Assembly: GCA_965205075.1 (NCBI GenBank)
Contig: OZ242036.1
Coordinates: 6,285,354-6,349,353, forward strand
DNA from: Candidatus Poribacteria bacterium
GTDB lineage: Bacteria > Poribacteria > WGA-4E > PCPOR2b
Direction of reading: 5' to 3'
Length of the DNA stretch: 64,000 nt
Shown here: positions 1-8,980 of the stretch, one piece after another
How the letters are laid out: the number at the start of each line of letters is the position of its first letter
How positions within the stretch are numbered: the first letter of the stretch is position 1
The notes under the pieces: generated by a model
Told to the model about the DNA's origin: nothing
Database searches by the model: none
The model's input: the letters and a program-made list of their open reading frames with translations, nothing else
Program-made: the position numbers and the translations under genes

Positions 1-1047
1 ATCCCAATTTTAGCTTCAAATATTGAGACCTCGGCTGATGCACAGCAGCAATCCCAAGCCGTTGGGCCAGAGTTGGTTTTTGCGTATTCCCAGCGGGATC
101 AACTTGCATTGCAACAGCGGCTTATGTCTATACTACTTATCATTGGAGGGGTCGGCCTGATTTCGGTATACATTGTTAGTTATATCGTTGGACTTCAAAT
201 GACAAAGCCGATTAATCAGTTAGCGGCGGGAGCGACTGAAATTGCGTCGGGCAATCTTGAACATCAGGTCACTATCCAGAGTCGAGATGAGATCGGCAGA
301 TTGGCGGACGCTTTCAACCAAATGGCGGCAGCGCTAAAGACAAGTCTGGAGCGGCGGCTTGCTGCCGAACGACTTGCGGCATGGGGAGATGTTGCCCGTT
401 ACGTCACCCACGAAATCAAGAACCCGTTATTTCCGATTCGGCTTTCAATCGAAAACCTGCAGCGAGCCTATCGAAGTAGGGACACCCGACCAACGGCGTT
501 TGATGAGATTTTTGTGCAGTGCACCGACATAGTTATTGAGGAGGTTGAACGGCTACAGCGACTGGTGGATGAGTTCCAGCAGTTTGCGCGAATGCCCCAG
601 GCTGAACGGGAGTTGTCCGATCTCAATTCAATTGTCCAGAATGTGGTGAACCTGTACGCGGAATCCGCCGAGAACATTCAGATTAAGACAAATCTCGCGT
701 CCGATCTCCCTCGCCTTTCGCTTGATTCGGAGCAGATTACGCAGGCGTTGGGGAATCTGATTAAAAATGCAATTGAAGCAATGCCCGATGGAGGAATACT
801 GAACCTTTTGACTCAATTGGTAGGTGAGGGGAAGATTCAGATTAAGATCCAGGACACGGGCATCGGTATGTCACCAGAGACGGTAGCACAGATTTTTGAA
901 CCCTATTATACAACGAAAGATACGGGGACAGGACTCGGTATGGCGATTGTTCAGCGTATCATCACTGATCACGATGGAGAAATCTTTGTCGAAAGCGATG
1001 AAGGGACTGGCACAACCGTTTCTATTGAATTGTTTCGTGAAACGTAA
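1..1047 (+). CDS. HAMP-domain sensor histidine kinase (NtrY-like), 5'-truncated by window edge
   Basis: Frame is open from base 1. TM helix, HAMP (SRDEIGRLADAFNQM), H-box (THEIKNPL), N-box (NLIKNAIEAM), G1/F/G2 boxes (DTGIG, FEPYYTTK, GTGLG). Confidence 0.9.
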   Translation: MPILASNIETSADAQQQSQAVGPELVFAYSQRDQLALQQRLMSILLIIGGVGLISVYIVSYIVGLQMTKPINQLAAGATEIASGNLEHQVTIQSRDEIGRLADAFNQMAAALKTSLERRLAAERLAAWGDVARYVTHEIKNPLFPIRLSIENLQRAYRSRDTRPTAFDEIFVQCTDIVIEEVERLQRLVDEFQQFARMPQAERELSDLNSIVQNVVNLYAESAENIQIKTNLASDLPRLSLDSEQITQALGNLIKNAIEAMPDGGILNLLTQLVGEGKIQIKIQDTGIGMSPETVAQIFEPYYTTKDTGTGLGMAIVQRIITDHDGEIFVESDEGTGTTVSIELFRET

Positions 1048-1077
1048 AACGTAAAACGTGATGCGTGATGCGTAAAA
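1036..1077. repeat. Heptamer tandem repeat (CGTRAAA/CGTGATG x6)
   Basis: cgtgaaa cgtaaaa cgtaaaa cgtgatg cgtgatg cgtaaaa. Contains the kinase stop codon. Confidence 0.8.
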
Positions 1078-1140
1078 AATTGATTCATTGGTGTCTAATC
1101 TACAGAGTTCATATCAGAAGAATGTGCAACACGCTCGGTT

Positions 1141-1812
1141 TTATTCCTGTCGCTTTAAGGTCTGGACACCTGACGCAGTGCCGATAATGACCTGATCGGT
1201 GCGGTTAATGAAAAGTCCGTTGTCAACAACGCCGGGGAGATTATTGATCTCACTTTCAGTAGCAGCTGGATCGAGCATACCATCGAAGGTGCAGTCTAAG
1301 ATATAGTTGCCGTTGTCGCTGACAAAACCGGGACGCAAGGTTGCGCCTTGGCAGATCCGGTTAAGCGCGAGTTGGGTTGAACCCCAGCCAAATGGGACAA
1401 CCTCCACCGGTACGGGGAAATTGGAGCCGAGTTGTTCTACCCGCTTTCCTTCGTCAATGATGATGACCAATCGTTCGGAGGCGTGGGCGATGATTTTCTC
1501 TCGGACTAGCGCACCACCTGCACCTTTGATGAGATCGAGGGTGGGGTTGACTTCGTCTGCGCCATCAATGGTTAGATCAATCACAGGGTGTTGCCCAAGG
1601 GTTGAGAGCGATATACCTTGTTGCGTTGCAATTTCTTCCGTCTGTTTGGAGGTTGGAATACCAATAATATCAAGACCGCTCCGAACTTTTTCGCCGAGTT
1701 TTAGTAGCGCGTAGTAAATTGTTGAGCCTGTGCCGAGCCCGACAATCATGCCGGGTTCCACCGCCTCGACAGCCTGTTCTGCTGCGAGTTGTTTCAGTTT
1801 TTCTGTTTCCAT
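1141..1812 (-). CDS. rpiA: Ribose-5-phosphate isomerase A
   Basis: Motifs GLGTGST, DGADE, KGAGGALVREKI, SDNGNYILD. Confidence 0.97.
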   Translation of the reverse strand: METEKLKQLAAEQAVEAVEPGMIVGLGTGSTIYYALLKLGEKVRSGLDIIGIPTSKQTEEIATQQGISLSTLGQHPVIDLTIDGADEVNPTLDLIKGAGGALVREKIIAHASERLVIIIDEGKRVEQLGSNFPVPVEVVPFGWGSTQLALNRICQGATLRPGFVSDNGNYILDCTFDGMLDPAATESEINNLPGVVDNGLFINRTDQVIIGTASGVQTLKRQE

Positions 1813-1987
1813 ATTTTCTCCTGATAGGGATTCGTCCCGATAAATCGAGATTGACAGCCGTTCTCCTTGGATTGCTTACCCGTGCTAGGTTTCTAATTTT
1901 AACACCTCACGGAATGGTTTTCTACCTAAATTGTTGCGTCTCACGTATGACACAATACACATCACGACTATGCAAGGATAACCGCCA

Positions 1988-3721
1988 ATGAATCTATACC
2001 TCCGCCTACTGAGCTACGTTAAGCCGTATTGGAAAAGCACCGTTGTCTCACTCATAGCAATGTTGGTTGTGTCTGTTGGTAATCTTGTCCCAACATGGAT
2101 TGGAGGGAGGATTGTTATTGACGAGATAATCGTACAGCGGGATATCAGTCGCTTGCACTGGATTGCGCTCCTGCTGCTGGGCATCTATCTCGTGAAGAGC
2201 ATCGGGGTGATGTTGGCAGAATGGCTGTCCCACGAAATCGCTGAAAAGATTATCTACGACATGCGGACGCAGATTTATAGCCATTTGCAGAAACTGTCGT
2301 TCCGCTTTCACAAGGACAGCACTACCGGCGACCTGATGTCACGCGTGGTGAATGACATTGATGCGATGCGAGATATGCTTGCTCACACCATACACATCTT
2401 CACCGTGCAGGCATTGACCTTTATTGGGATTGCTATCATACTGTGCGGCATGAACCTGAAAATGGCGATCTTGACCCTTGTCCCAATCCTGATTTTGGGA
2501 CCGCTGATTGTCCACTTTGGTATAAAGCTGCGCCTCATTTCCCGCGATGTACGTGCGGAGCTTGCAGAGGTCAATGCCCGTTTGCAAGATAATCTTTCGG
2601 GAATCTTCGAGATTCAAGCCTTTGCCCGCGAACCTTATGAGGAGAAGCGGTTCATTGCCCGATGTGCCGCTTACCGCAACTCAATCATCCGAGGGGTACG
2701 CCTGTGGGCGCGACTCAATCCCGCCGTGCAGTTTTTGCTTGGCGCGAGTTACACAGCGATTCTGTGGTACGGCGGTTCGCAGATTATCACCGGCTCAAGC
2801 GATATGACCGTTGGGCAGCTGTTTGTTTTTCTCGGATTTCTGTGGCAGCTGTTTGTGCCGATTCAGATGGCAAGCCACGAAAATGAACGGTTGCAGAAAG
2901 CGCTCGCCGCCGGCGAACGGATGATGGAGCTTTTAGACACCGCACCTGAAATTAAAGACCTCCCGAATGCTTGGACAGGAAAGGTTAAAGGTGAACTTTT
3001 GTTTGAAGATGTTTCGTTCAGGTACACGGACGAGGATGTTCTGACAGATGTGAACCTCAAAATCCGACAGGGGGAGACCATCGCTTTTGTCGGTCCGAGC
3101 GGTGTTGGCAAAACCACGTTAGTCGGTCTTGTGCCGAGATTCTACGATGTAACCGGCGGACAGGTGAAGGTTGATGGTGTCAGTGTGCGGGATTGGCAAA
3201 TGCAGGCGTTGCGGCGTCAGATTGGGCTTGTGCCACAAGAGACGTTCCTGTTTAACGGAACAGTCGGAGAGAATATCGCCTACGGCAAACTAAACGTGAC
3301 ACAATCCGAAATTGAAATGGCAGCGAAATCCGCCAATATCTACGACTTCATCGCTGGGCTACCAGAGCGTTTCGATACCATTGTTGGGGAACGTGGCATG
3401 CGCCTCTCCGGTGGGCAGAAGCAACGGATCTCGATTGCACGTGCTATCCTGAAAGATCCGCCCGTCCTCATCCTTGATGAAGCGACCTCCTCTGTCGATA
3501 CGGAATCAGAACAACTCATCCAGCAGAGTTTGGTAAATCTACTGCACGGACGTACCACGCTGATTATCGCTCACCGACTTGCGACCATCAGATTTGCAGA
3601 TCGAATTGCTGTGTTGGATGACAATCGAATTGTCGAACTTGGCACACACGTCGAGCTGCTTTCGCAAGATGGACTATACGCACGGCTTTACAACGCGCAG
3701 TTTGGGGACAAGGGCTCGTAG
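1988..3721 (+). CDS. ABC exporter, fused TMD-NBD (MsbA/MdlB-like)
   Basis: N-terminal TM domain; Walker A GPSGVGKT; signature LSGGQKQR; Walker B ILDEATS; IAHRL. Confidence 0.93.
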   Translation: MNLYLRLLSYVKPYWKSTVVSLIAMLVVSVGNLVPTWIGGRIVIDEIIVQRDISRLHWIALLLLGIYLVKSIGVMLAEWLSHEIAEKIIYDMRTQIYSHLQKLSFRFHKDSTTGDLMSRVVNDIDAMRDMLAHTIHIFTVQALTFIGIAIILCGMNLKMAILTLVPILILGPLIVHFGIKLRLISRDVRAELAEVNARLQDNLSGIFEIQAFAREPYEEKRFIARCAAYRNSIIRGVRLWARLNPAVQFLLGASYTAILWYGGSQIITGSSDMTVGQLFVFLGFLWQLFVPIQMASHENERLQKALAAGERMMELLDTAPEIKDLPNAWTGKVKGELLFEDVSFRYTDEDVLTDVNLKIRQGETIAFVGPSGVGKTTLVGLVPRFYDVTGGQVKVDGVSVRDWQMQALRRQIGLVPQETFLFNGTVGENIAYGKLNVTQSEIEMAAKSANIYDFIAGLPERFDTIVGERGMRLSGGQKQRISIARAILKDPPVLILDEATSSVDTESEQLIQQSLVNLLHGRTTLIIAHRLATIRFADRIAVLDDNRIVELGTHVELLSQDGLYARLYNAQFGDKGS

Positions 3722-3766
3722 CTTTGAAATCCTCATATCGAATCTTGTGAGGAATTTCTACATAGT

Positions 3767-3915
3767 CAGGACGTACGCAAATTCAGCGCGAAGTGTGAGA
3801 TTTTTTTAACCCCTTAACTCCGCCAACCCCCTAACTCCGCTAACCCCCTAAATCCCCCTTATCAGGGGGACTTTGGAAGATCAGGGGGACTTATGAACCA
3901 ACTGCGTAAGTCCTA
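3767..3915. mobile_element. MITE family A, copy 1
   Basis: TIRs CAGGACGTACGCA...TGCGTAAGTCCTA, flanked by direct repeat ATAGT. Interior has a CCCCCTTATCAGGGGG hairpin and a 17-bp tandem expansion. Confidence 0.8.
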
Positions 3916-3922
3916 ATAGTGC

Positions 3923-4112
3923 TATGGTAGATTTTAGAATTAATGAGACACTGCAAATCGGCGAGGTTAGGAAACATCGACTACCAGGGGAAAAAGCCGG
4001 GCTATGACACCGGTAGGTGCGGTTTCTACCCGCACCGCATCGGCGCAGTTGGAAACAGCGCCTACCAAACGCCGGGAGTGAAAATGTCTATTTATTTGTA
4101 TAATTCACCATA
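3923..4112. mobile_element. TA-ended MITE-like element containing three GTAG-type REP palindromes
   Basis: Imperfect 28-bp TIRs (21/28) TATGGT...ACCATA. Internal REPs at 3959-3985(-), 4012-4037(+), 4041-4066(-), each GGTAG plus a hairpin. Confidence 0.6.
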
Positions 4113-4115
4113 AAT

Positions 4116-4844
4116 TCAGTCGGTGTAGCGTTGTGTGCCGTCAAAAGAGGTTCGGGGCCAGCTTGTGTGGGGCCAATCCGTGAAACTATACGGGATATAG
4201 TGGTTTGCCATGACATGGCGCAAGGCACCAGGCTGCTTGATTGGACCCCCGCGATGGATCAAGCGACCGTGAAATAATACTGCATCGCCCTGATTGGCTA
4301 TAATGGAAATTTCAGGGCGGTTGTTCTCCGCGAAGATCCTTTCGGTTTTCGCGTGGCGATATTCGTAATCCATCTTCCCGTTCTCATCTAAAGTCTCCCA
4401 ATACGTCACAAGTTCCCCTTTATGCGAGCCGGGCTGTATATAGATAGTGCCATTTTCTTCGTTGACATCTACCAAAGGCAGCCAAGCGGACATACAGCCG
4501 GGAAGGGGACACTGGTCTTGGTGACGCCTTCCTTCGGAACCTTTGTAGAAATACATGGTTTGTATGCCCTCAACGTCATCTTCAAAGCAGTCTTCCAGCG
4601 GTTGACGTAGGCGTGAGTCAATCAGCAGTGCGAATGCTTTCGGATCGTACCAATGTTGATTATTGGTGCGACCCCAATTGTCTGGTTCGCGGGGGGCGAA
4701 ACCCTCCATTGTCTTCTGTCCCGAGTGAAGTGCCATCATGTGCTCGACGAGCTCCTCGCACTCTGCTTTGGAAAAGACCGATTTCAGGATGGTATAGCCA
4801 TCCCGATCGTACTGTGCTTTTTGTTCTGGGGTTAGACCTTTCAT
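4116..4844 (-). CDS. Phytanoyl-CoA dioxygenase (PhyH) family protein
   Basis: HQD motif, ENGT..IQPGSH, GDAVLFHGRLIHRG. Confidence 0.9.
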   Translation of the reverse strand: MKGLTPEQKAQYDRDGYTILKSVFSKAECEELVEHMMALHSGQKTMEGFAPREPDNWGRTNNQHWYDPKAFALLIDSRLRQPLEDCFEDDVEGIQTMYFYKGSEGRRHQDQCPLPGCMSAWLPLVDVNEENGTIYIQPGSHKGELVTYWETLDENGKMDYEYRHAKTERIFAENNRPEISIIANQGDAVLFHGRLIHRGGPIKQPGALRHVMANHYIPYSFTDWPHTSWPRTSFDGTQRYTD

Positions 4845-4878
4845 AAAAAAACTCCTTTCATACTGATGGTAACCCTAT

Positions 4879-4960
4879 CAGGACTTACGCAAAATTCTTT
4901 CCTTTGCCGGTGCAATTGGAAAGAAAGTGTGCCGATTAAGAGATGAATGCGTGAGTCCTA
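4879..4960. mobile_element. MITE family A, copy 2 (different interior)
   Basis: CAGGACTTACGCA...TGCGTGAGTCCTA; flanks cCTAT / tCTAT. Confidence 0.7.
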
Positions 4961-4961
4961 T

Positions 4962-6158
4962 CTATTTTTCCTCGTATAGCCACTCGATTGGACGGATAAC
5001 AATTTTGCGGTGGCGGGGCCAAGAGGGTAGATCTGTAGAGGCATCTAACTGCGGACCGAAATCGTAGAGCAGTACAACTTCATTCCCAAAAAAATGTGCG
5101 TTCGGATACGACACATATATCATATCAGCGGGCAGTTCTCCGAGCTCTTTTTCGCCGCGAACCATACCGATTTCGTCGTCGGGGTCAATGCGGTCGGATC
5201 TGTCCGTGGGTCCACCAACTTCGAGCGTCTTGAAGTGTCCCCAACTATCCCCGTCATCCGTTGAGATAGCCAGTGACAGACGAGATCGACGGAAACCACG
5301 GCGAATTTCATCACCGCTCACCTGATTCCATACGCAGAGCAGATCTCCAGTGGTTGGGATGACACGGAGTCGGCATGGGGAATATGAGCTAGCCAGTGCC
5401 GTCGGTTGAGGCAACGACCAAGTGATGCCTTCATCATTGCTGAAACTCTGGTAAAGGCGGCCTAGCGTTGTTCGGAACATCATCAGGAGTCTGCCATCGC
5501 GGAGTTGCACTGCGCCGGGTTCGTCGCAGGGCCACATTCCGCCGTAACCGTCTTGGTGCCAGATCACGATGTCTTGAGGGCACCGTTTCCAGGTAGCACC
5601 GTCGTCGTCCGAAAAATATACTTGGCTTGTGTCAATCTCCGGGCTGTGAGCGTGACCCTCTGTTTTGAAACGCTTCCCTTGGAAGGTGCCGTAAGCGCCG
5701 GCATCGTTGAGTTCGGGAAACGTGCAGGGTGGACAGAACCGTGTCGGTAAAACTAAGCGTCCGGATCGCAGTTGGAAGAGTACGTCGTGATAGTTGCTAG
5801 CAGTTTCGCCGGGTAGGTTGATGGCTGTCTCTTCTGACCATGACTCACCTTCGTCGTCGGAGGTGCGAAAGCAGAGCGCGTAGCCAGCCAAGGTTCCACC
5901 GGCTGTACCGCTAAGGTGACCGTAGAGGAGACCGAGCTTGCCTGACTGCAAACGGACCAAGCAGGTCGGGGCACCTGTTCCGATAATGGGTTCGTCGTCG
6001 GTCCGAAGAGGTTCACTCGCTGACCAAGTTCGTCCCCGGTCATCAGAATAGCTGGCATTTAGTCCCGACCAAACCATCAGCCATCGCCCATCCTTCAGTT
6101 CGATCATGCCTCCGGATCCGCCCGGGGCACGACCTTCAAAAACTGTGGAGTCTGCCAT
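4962..6158 (-). CDS. BNR/Asp-box sialidase-like protein
   Basis: Five Asp boxes (SDDRGRTW, SDDEGESW, SDDDGATW, SNDEGITW, STDDGDSW). Start placed at MADSTV after an AAGGA RBS. Confidence 0.85.
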   Translation of the reverse strand: MADSTVFEGRAPGGSGGMIELKDGRWLMVWSGLNASYSDDRGRTWSASEPLRTDDEPIIGTGAPTCLVRLQSGKLGLLYGHLSGTAGGTLAGYALCFRTSDDEGESWSEETAINLPGETASNYHDVLFQLRSGRLVLPTRFCPPCTFPELNDAGAYGTFQGKRFKTEGHAHSPEIDTSQVYFSDDDGATWKRCPQDIVIWHQDGYGGMWPCDEPGAVQLRDGRLLMMFRTTLGRLYQSFSNDEGITWSLPQPTALASSYSPCRLRVIPTTGDLLCVWNQVSGDEIRRGFRRSRLSLAISTDDGDSWGHFKTLEVGGPTDRSDRIDPDDEIGMVRGEKELGELPADMIYVSYPNAHFFGNEVVLLYDFGPQLDASTDLPSWPRHRKIVIRPIEWLYEEK

Positions 6159-6300
6159 TGTCCGTGTCCTTTTCAAATGTTAAAAATATGCCATGTCTTT
6201 TTTGGAATTTTGTGACATAATGTAATGCAAACCATTGTATAATGTTTTAGTTTTCCATTCAACAAAATTATCTGAAAAACAGGGGATAAACGGTGCCAAC

Positions 6301-7089
6301 ATGATTACCGAGCAAGAAACTCAGCAGTTTTCAGAGATGGGCGCGGTGACAATTGATACGCCGCTGACGCAGCAGCAGCTCGCAGCGGCATCAGTTGTGT
6401 TTGATCAACTACTCCCATTCCACGAGCCGGAGGGGGAGGAAAAACCGAGCTATCGGGTGAGCACAACGTGCACCTTCTATGATCCAGAATTGTTGGACAT
6501 CATCCAGCATCCATTTTTTGAGGAAGTAGCCAAGCGTGTGCTGCGAGCTGATGAGATAAGTTTCTTTCAAACTGCCATTGTGACAACTTATCCGTCACCA
6601 AATACTCCCTTCAGTTTCTACCAACATGTGGATGTCCAGTACTGCCTCTCGGATCTTGACGCTACTCCTAGGTATATGGTTTGCACCTTTTTTGTCTGGA
6701 TAGATGATGTAACGGCACAACGTGCGCCCTTGATGTATCGTCCCGGCAGCCATCGGCTGATAGCTAAACATAGAGAAAACCAGGCAGAACTGAAAAGCAG
6801 CACTCCGCTCGTCGGAGGTGTTATGTTGGATGGACTGCCTGCGCTTGGTTATGCAGAGGCAATCCCCGTGGTGGCGCGAGCCGGACAGGCCACCGTCTTG
6901 ACCACTGCGATGGTGCACGGAGCATCTATCAATGTGGACACCGTTCCTCGTAAGGCGATGGTTATAACCTTCACAGCGGCGGACGTAGAGATTGGTCTGC
7001 CCCAGAATCAGGCGGAGACTAAGCGAGTCTATGACCGTGAGTTGAAAAAGCGTCTTCGCCCTGAACGGGCACACATTGTTCCCGCTTGA
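6301..7089 (+). CDS. PhyH-family 2OG-Fe(II) dioxygenase
   Basis: HVD, PLMYRPGSH, AGQ..LTTAMVHGA. Likely start MITEQE. Confidence 0.85.
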   Translation: MITEQETQQFSEMGAVTIDTPLTQQQLAAASVVFDQLLPFHEPEGEEKPSYRVSTTCTFYDPELLDIIQHPFFEEVAKRVLRADEISFFQTAIVTTYPSPNTPFSFYQHVDVQYCLSDLDATPRYMVCTFFVWIDDVTAQRAPLMYRPGSHRLIAKHRENQAELKSSTPLVGGVMLDGLPALGYAEAIPVVARAGQATVLTTAMVHGASINVDTVPRKAMVITFTAADVEIGLPQNQAETKRVYDRELKKRLRPERAHIVPA

Positions 7090-7148
7090 CGATTCGGTGG
7101 AGAACAGGCAAACCTGAAGCGATACAAGCGCACAACTAGGCTTTATTA

Positions 7149-7177
7149 TTGACAGCACCTACAATCTATGATTAAAT
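7149..7177 (+). promoter_or_regulatory. Putative sigma70 promoter for zwf
   Basis: TTGACA-17 nt-TTAAAT with extended TG. Confidence 0.45.
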
Positions 7178-7276
7178 GCGAGTGAGTATAAGCAAGTTGA
7201 TGAACAACGACAAATTAGATATTGGGATATACAGAAGAGCCTGCGACACTTCATCGATCGCCATATTGTAATTGCT

Positions 7277-8812
7277 ATGAGTGAAAACATAAAAGCTGAT
7301 CAGGGGCGGATTTCGGATCCGTGTGTGATGGTCATATTCGGTGCTTCAGGGGATTTGACGAAGCGTAAACTAGTGCCGGCGCTGTACAACCTTGCACAGA
7401 ACGGACTGTTGAACGAAAACGCCGTAGTTGTCGGGTTTGCACGCAGAGAGAATAGCCACAATAATTTTCGTGACCAGATGACGGAAGCAATTAAAACGTA
7501 TGGCACGACTGCGTTTGACCCATCACTCTGGGCACGGATGGAGCAACGACTTTATTATCATCAAGGGAATTACGATAGTCTGGACGATTATAACCGTCTT
7601 GCAGAATTGCTGAAGCAGTTGGATGGGGAATGGGGAACAAACGGTAACTATCTCTACTATTTCTCAACTCCCCCAAGTTCGTTCAGAGCAATTTCCGACA
7701 ATTTGGGAAAGGCTGGACTCGCAAAATCCGAAAACAACACGGCATGGCGGCGTACTATTGTTGAGAAACCGTTTGGGCATGACTTGGATTCTGCCAAACT
7801 TCTAAACCGTTGTTTGCTTGAGACTTTTGACGAGGAGCAGATCTACCGGATTGACCATTACTTGGGGAAGGAGACTGTACAGAATATCATAGTCTTTCGG
7901 TTCGCCAACGGTATTTTTGAACCGACATGGGACCGCCGATATATCGACCATGTACAGATCATGGTCGCTGAGGGTATCGGCATTGAAGGACGTGGCGCGT
8001 ATTACGAGGAATCCGGAGTCCTGCGCGATATGATCCAAAACCACATGTTTCAGTTGTTGTCATTGGTGGCGATGGAACCCCCAATTTCGTTCGAGGCAGA
8101 TGCAGTAAGAGACGAAAAGGTGAAGGTGTTGAATGCGATTCGTCCCATGCGTCCTGAAGAGATTATCTCCAATACGGTGCGTGGGCAGTATAGTGGAGGG
8201 ATAGTAGATGGTGAACAGGTAATTGGATACCGCGAAGAACCCGGAGTTTCTCCGACTTCAGCGCGAGAGACTTATGCGGCGCTGCAGCTTTTTATAGAGA
8301 ATTGGCGGTGGGCGGGTGTGCCATTTTTCTTGCGGTCTGGAAAGAGATTAGCCAAGCGCGATACACAGATAGTAATCCAATTTCGGAGTGTCCCGCACCT
8401 CTTGTTTCGTGGTAGTGCCGAAGAGCAGTTAGAGGCGAATCGGCTTGTCCTCCACATCCAGCCCGATGAGCGTATCACTATCCGATTCCAAGCAAAGATT
8501 CCGGGACCAACGGTCCGTCTAACGCCGGTTGATATGGACTTTCGTTACGAGGACTTGGCGGGCAGTAGTCCTGCCACTGGGTATGAGACGCTACTTTACG
8601 ACTGCATGAACGGTGATTCCACACAATTCCATCGTGCGGACATGGTCGAAACAGCATGGGAGATTGCGACCCCTATCTTGGATGTCTGGGCAGCTTTACC
8701 TCCTCGCGATTTTCCAAACTATGGGGCTGGAACGTGGGGACCCGATCCCGCTAATGATCTGATTGAAAGAGATGACCCCGGACGCCGGTGGCTGAATCCT
8801 GATTCCGGGTAG
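7277..8812 (+). CDS. zwf: Glucose-6-phosphate 1-dehydrogenase
   Basis: GASGDLTKRKL, EKPFG, RIDHYLGKE, RDMIQNH. Confidence 0.97.
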   Translation: MSENIKADQGRISDPCVMVIFGASGDLTKRKLVPALYNLAQNGLLNENAVVVGFARRENSHNNFRDQMTEAIKTYGTTAFDPSLWARMEQRLYYHQGNYDSLDDYNRLAELLKQLDGEWGTNGNYLYYFSTPPSSFRAISDNLGKAGLAKSENNTAWRRTIVEKPFGHDLDSAKLLNRCLLETFDEEQIYRIDHYLGKETVQNIIVFRFANGIFEPTWDRRYIDHVQIMVAEGIGIEGRGAYYEESGVLRDMIQNHMFQLLSLVAMEPPISFEADAVRDEKVKVLNAIRPMRPEEIISNTVRGQYSGGIVDGEQVIGYREEPGVSPTSARETYAALQLFIENWRWAGVPFFLRSGKRLAKRDTQIVIQFRSVPHLLFRGSAEEQLEANRLVLHIQPDERITIRFQAKIPGPTVRLTPVDMDFRYEDLAGSSPATGYETLLYDCMNGDSTQFHRADMVETAWEIATPILDVWAALPPRDFPNYGAGTWGPDPANDLIERDDPGRRWLNPDSG

Positions 8813-8842
8813 CGTCTGACAGAATCTATTCTTTTACCGATT

Positions 8843-8944
8843 CAGGACTTACGCAAATTCAGTACGCAGCGCGATATTTTTTTATTTTTAACCCCCTAAA
8901 TCCCCCTTGTCAGGGGGACTTATGAGCCAACTGCGTAGGTCCTA
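8843..8944. mobile_element. MITE family A, copy 3
   Basis: CAGGACTTACGCA...TGCGTAGGTCCTA; flanks cGATT / aGATT; internal CCCCCTTGTCAGGGGG hairpin. Confidence 0.8.
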
Positions 8945-8980
8945 AGATTCTTAGTAAACTCAGAAGGAGACCTGAGAATA

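Noticed and set aside
3808-3860. 17-bp tandem repeats as a CRISPR array
   Set aside because: No spacers, lies inside a MITE, and there are no cas genes.
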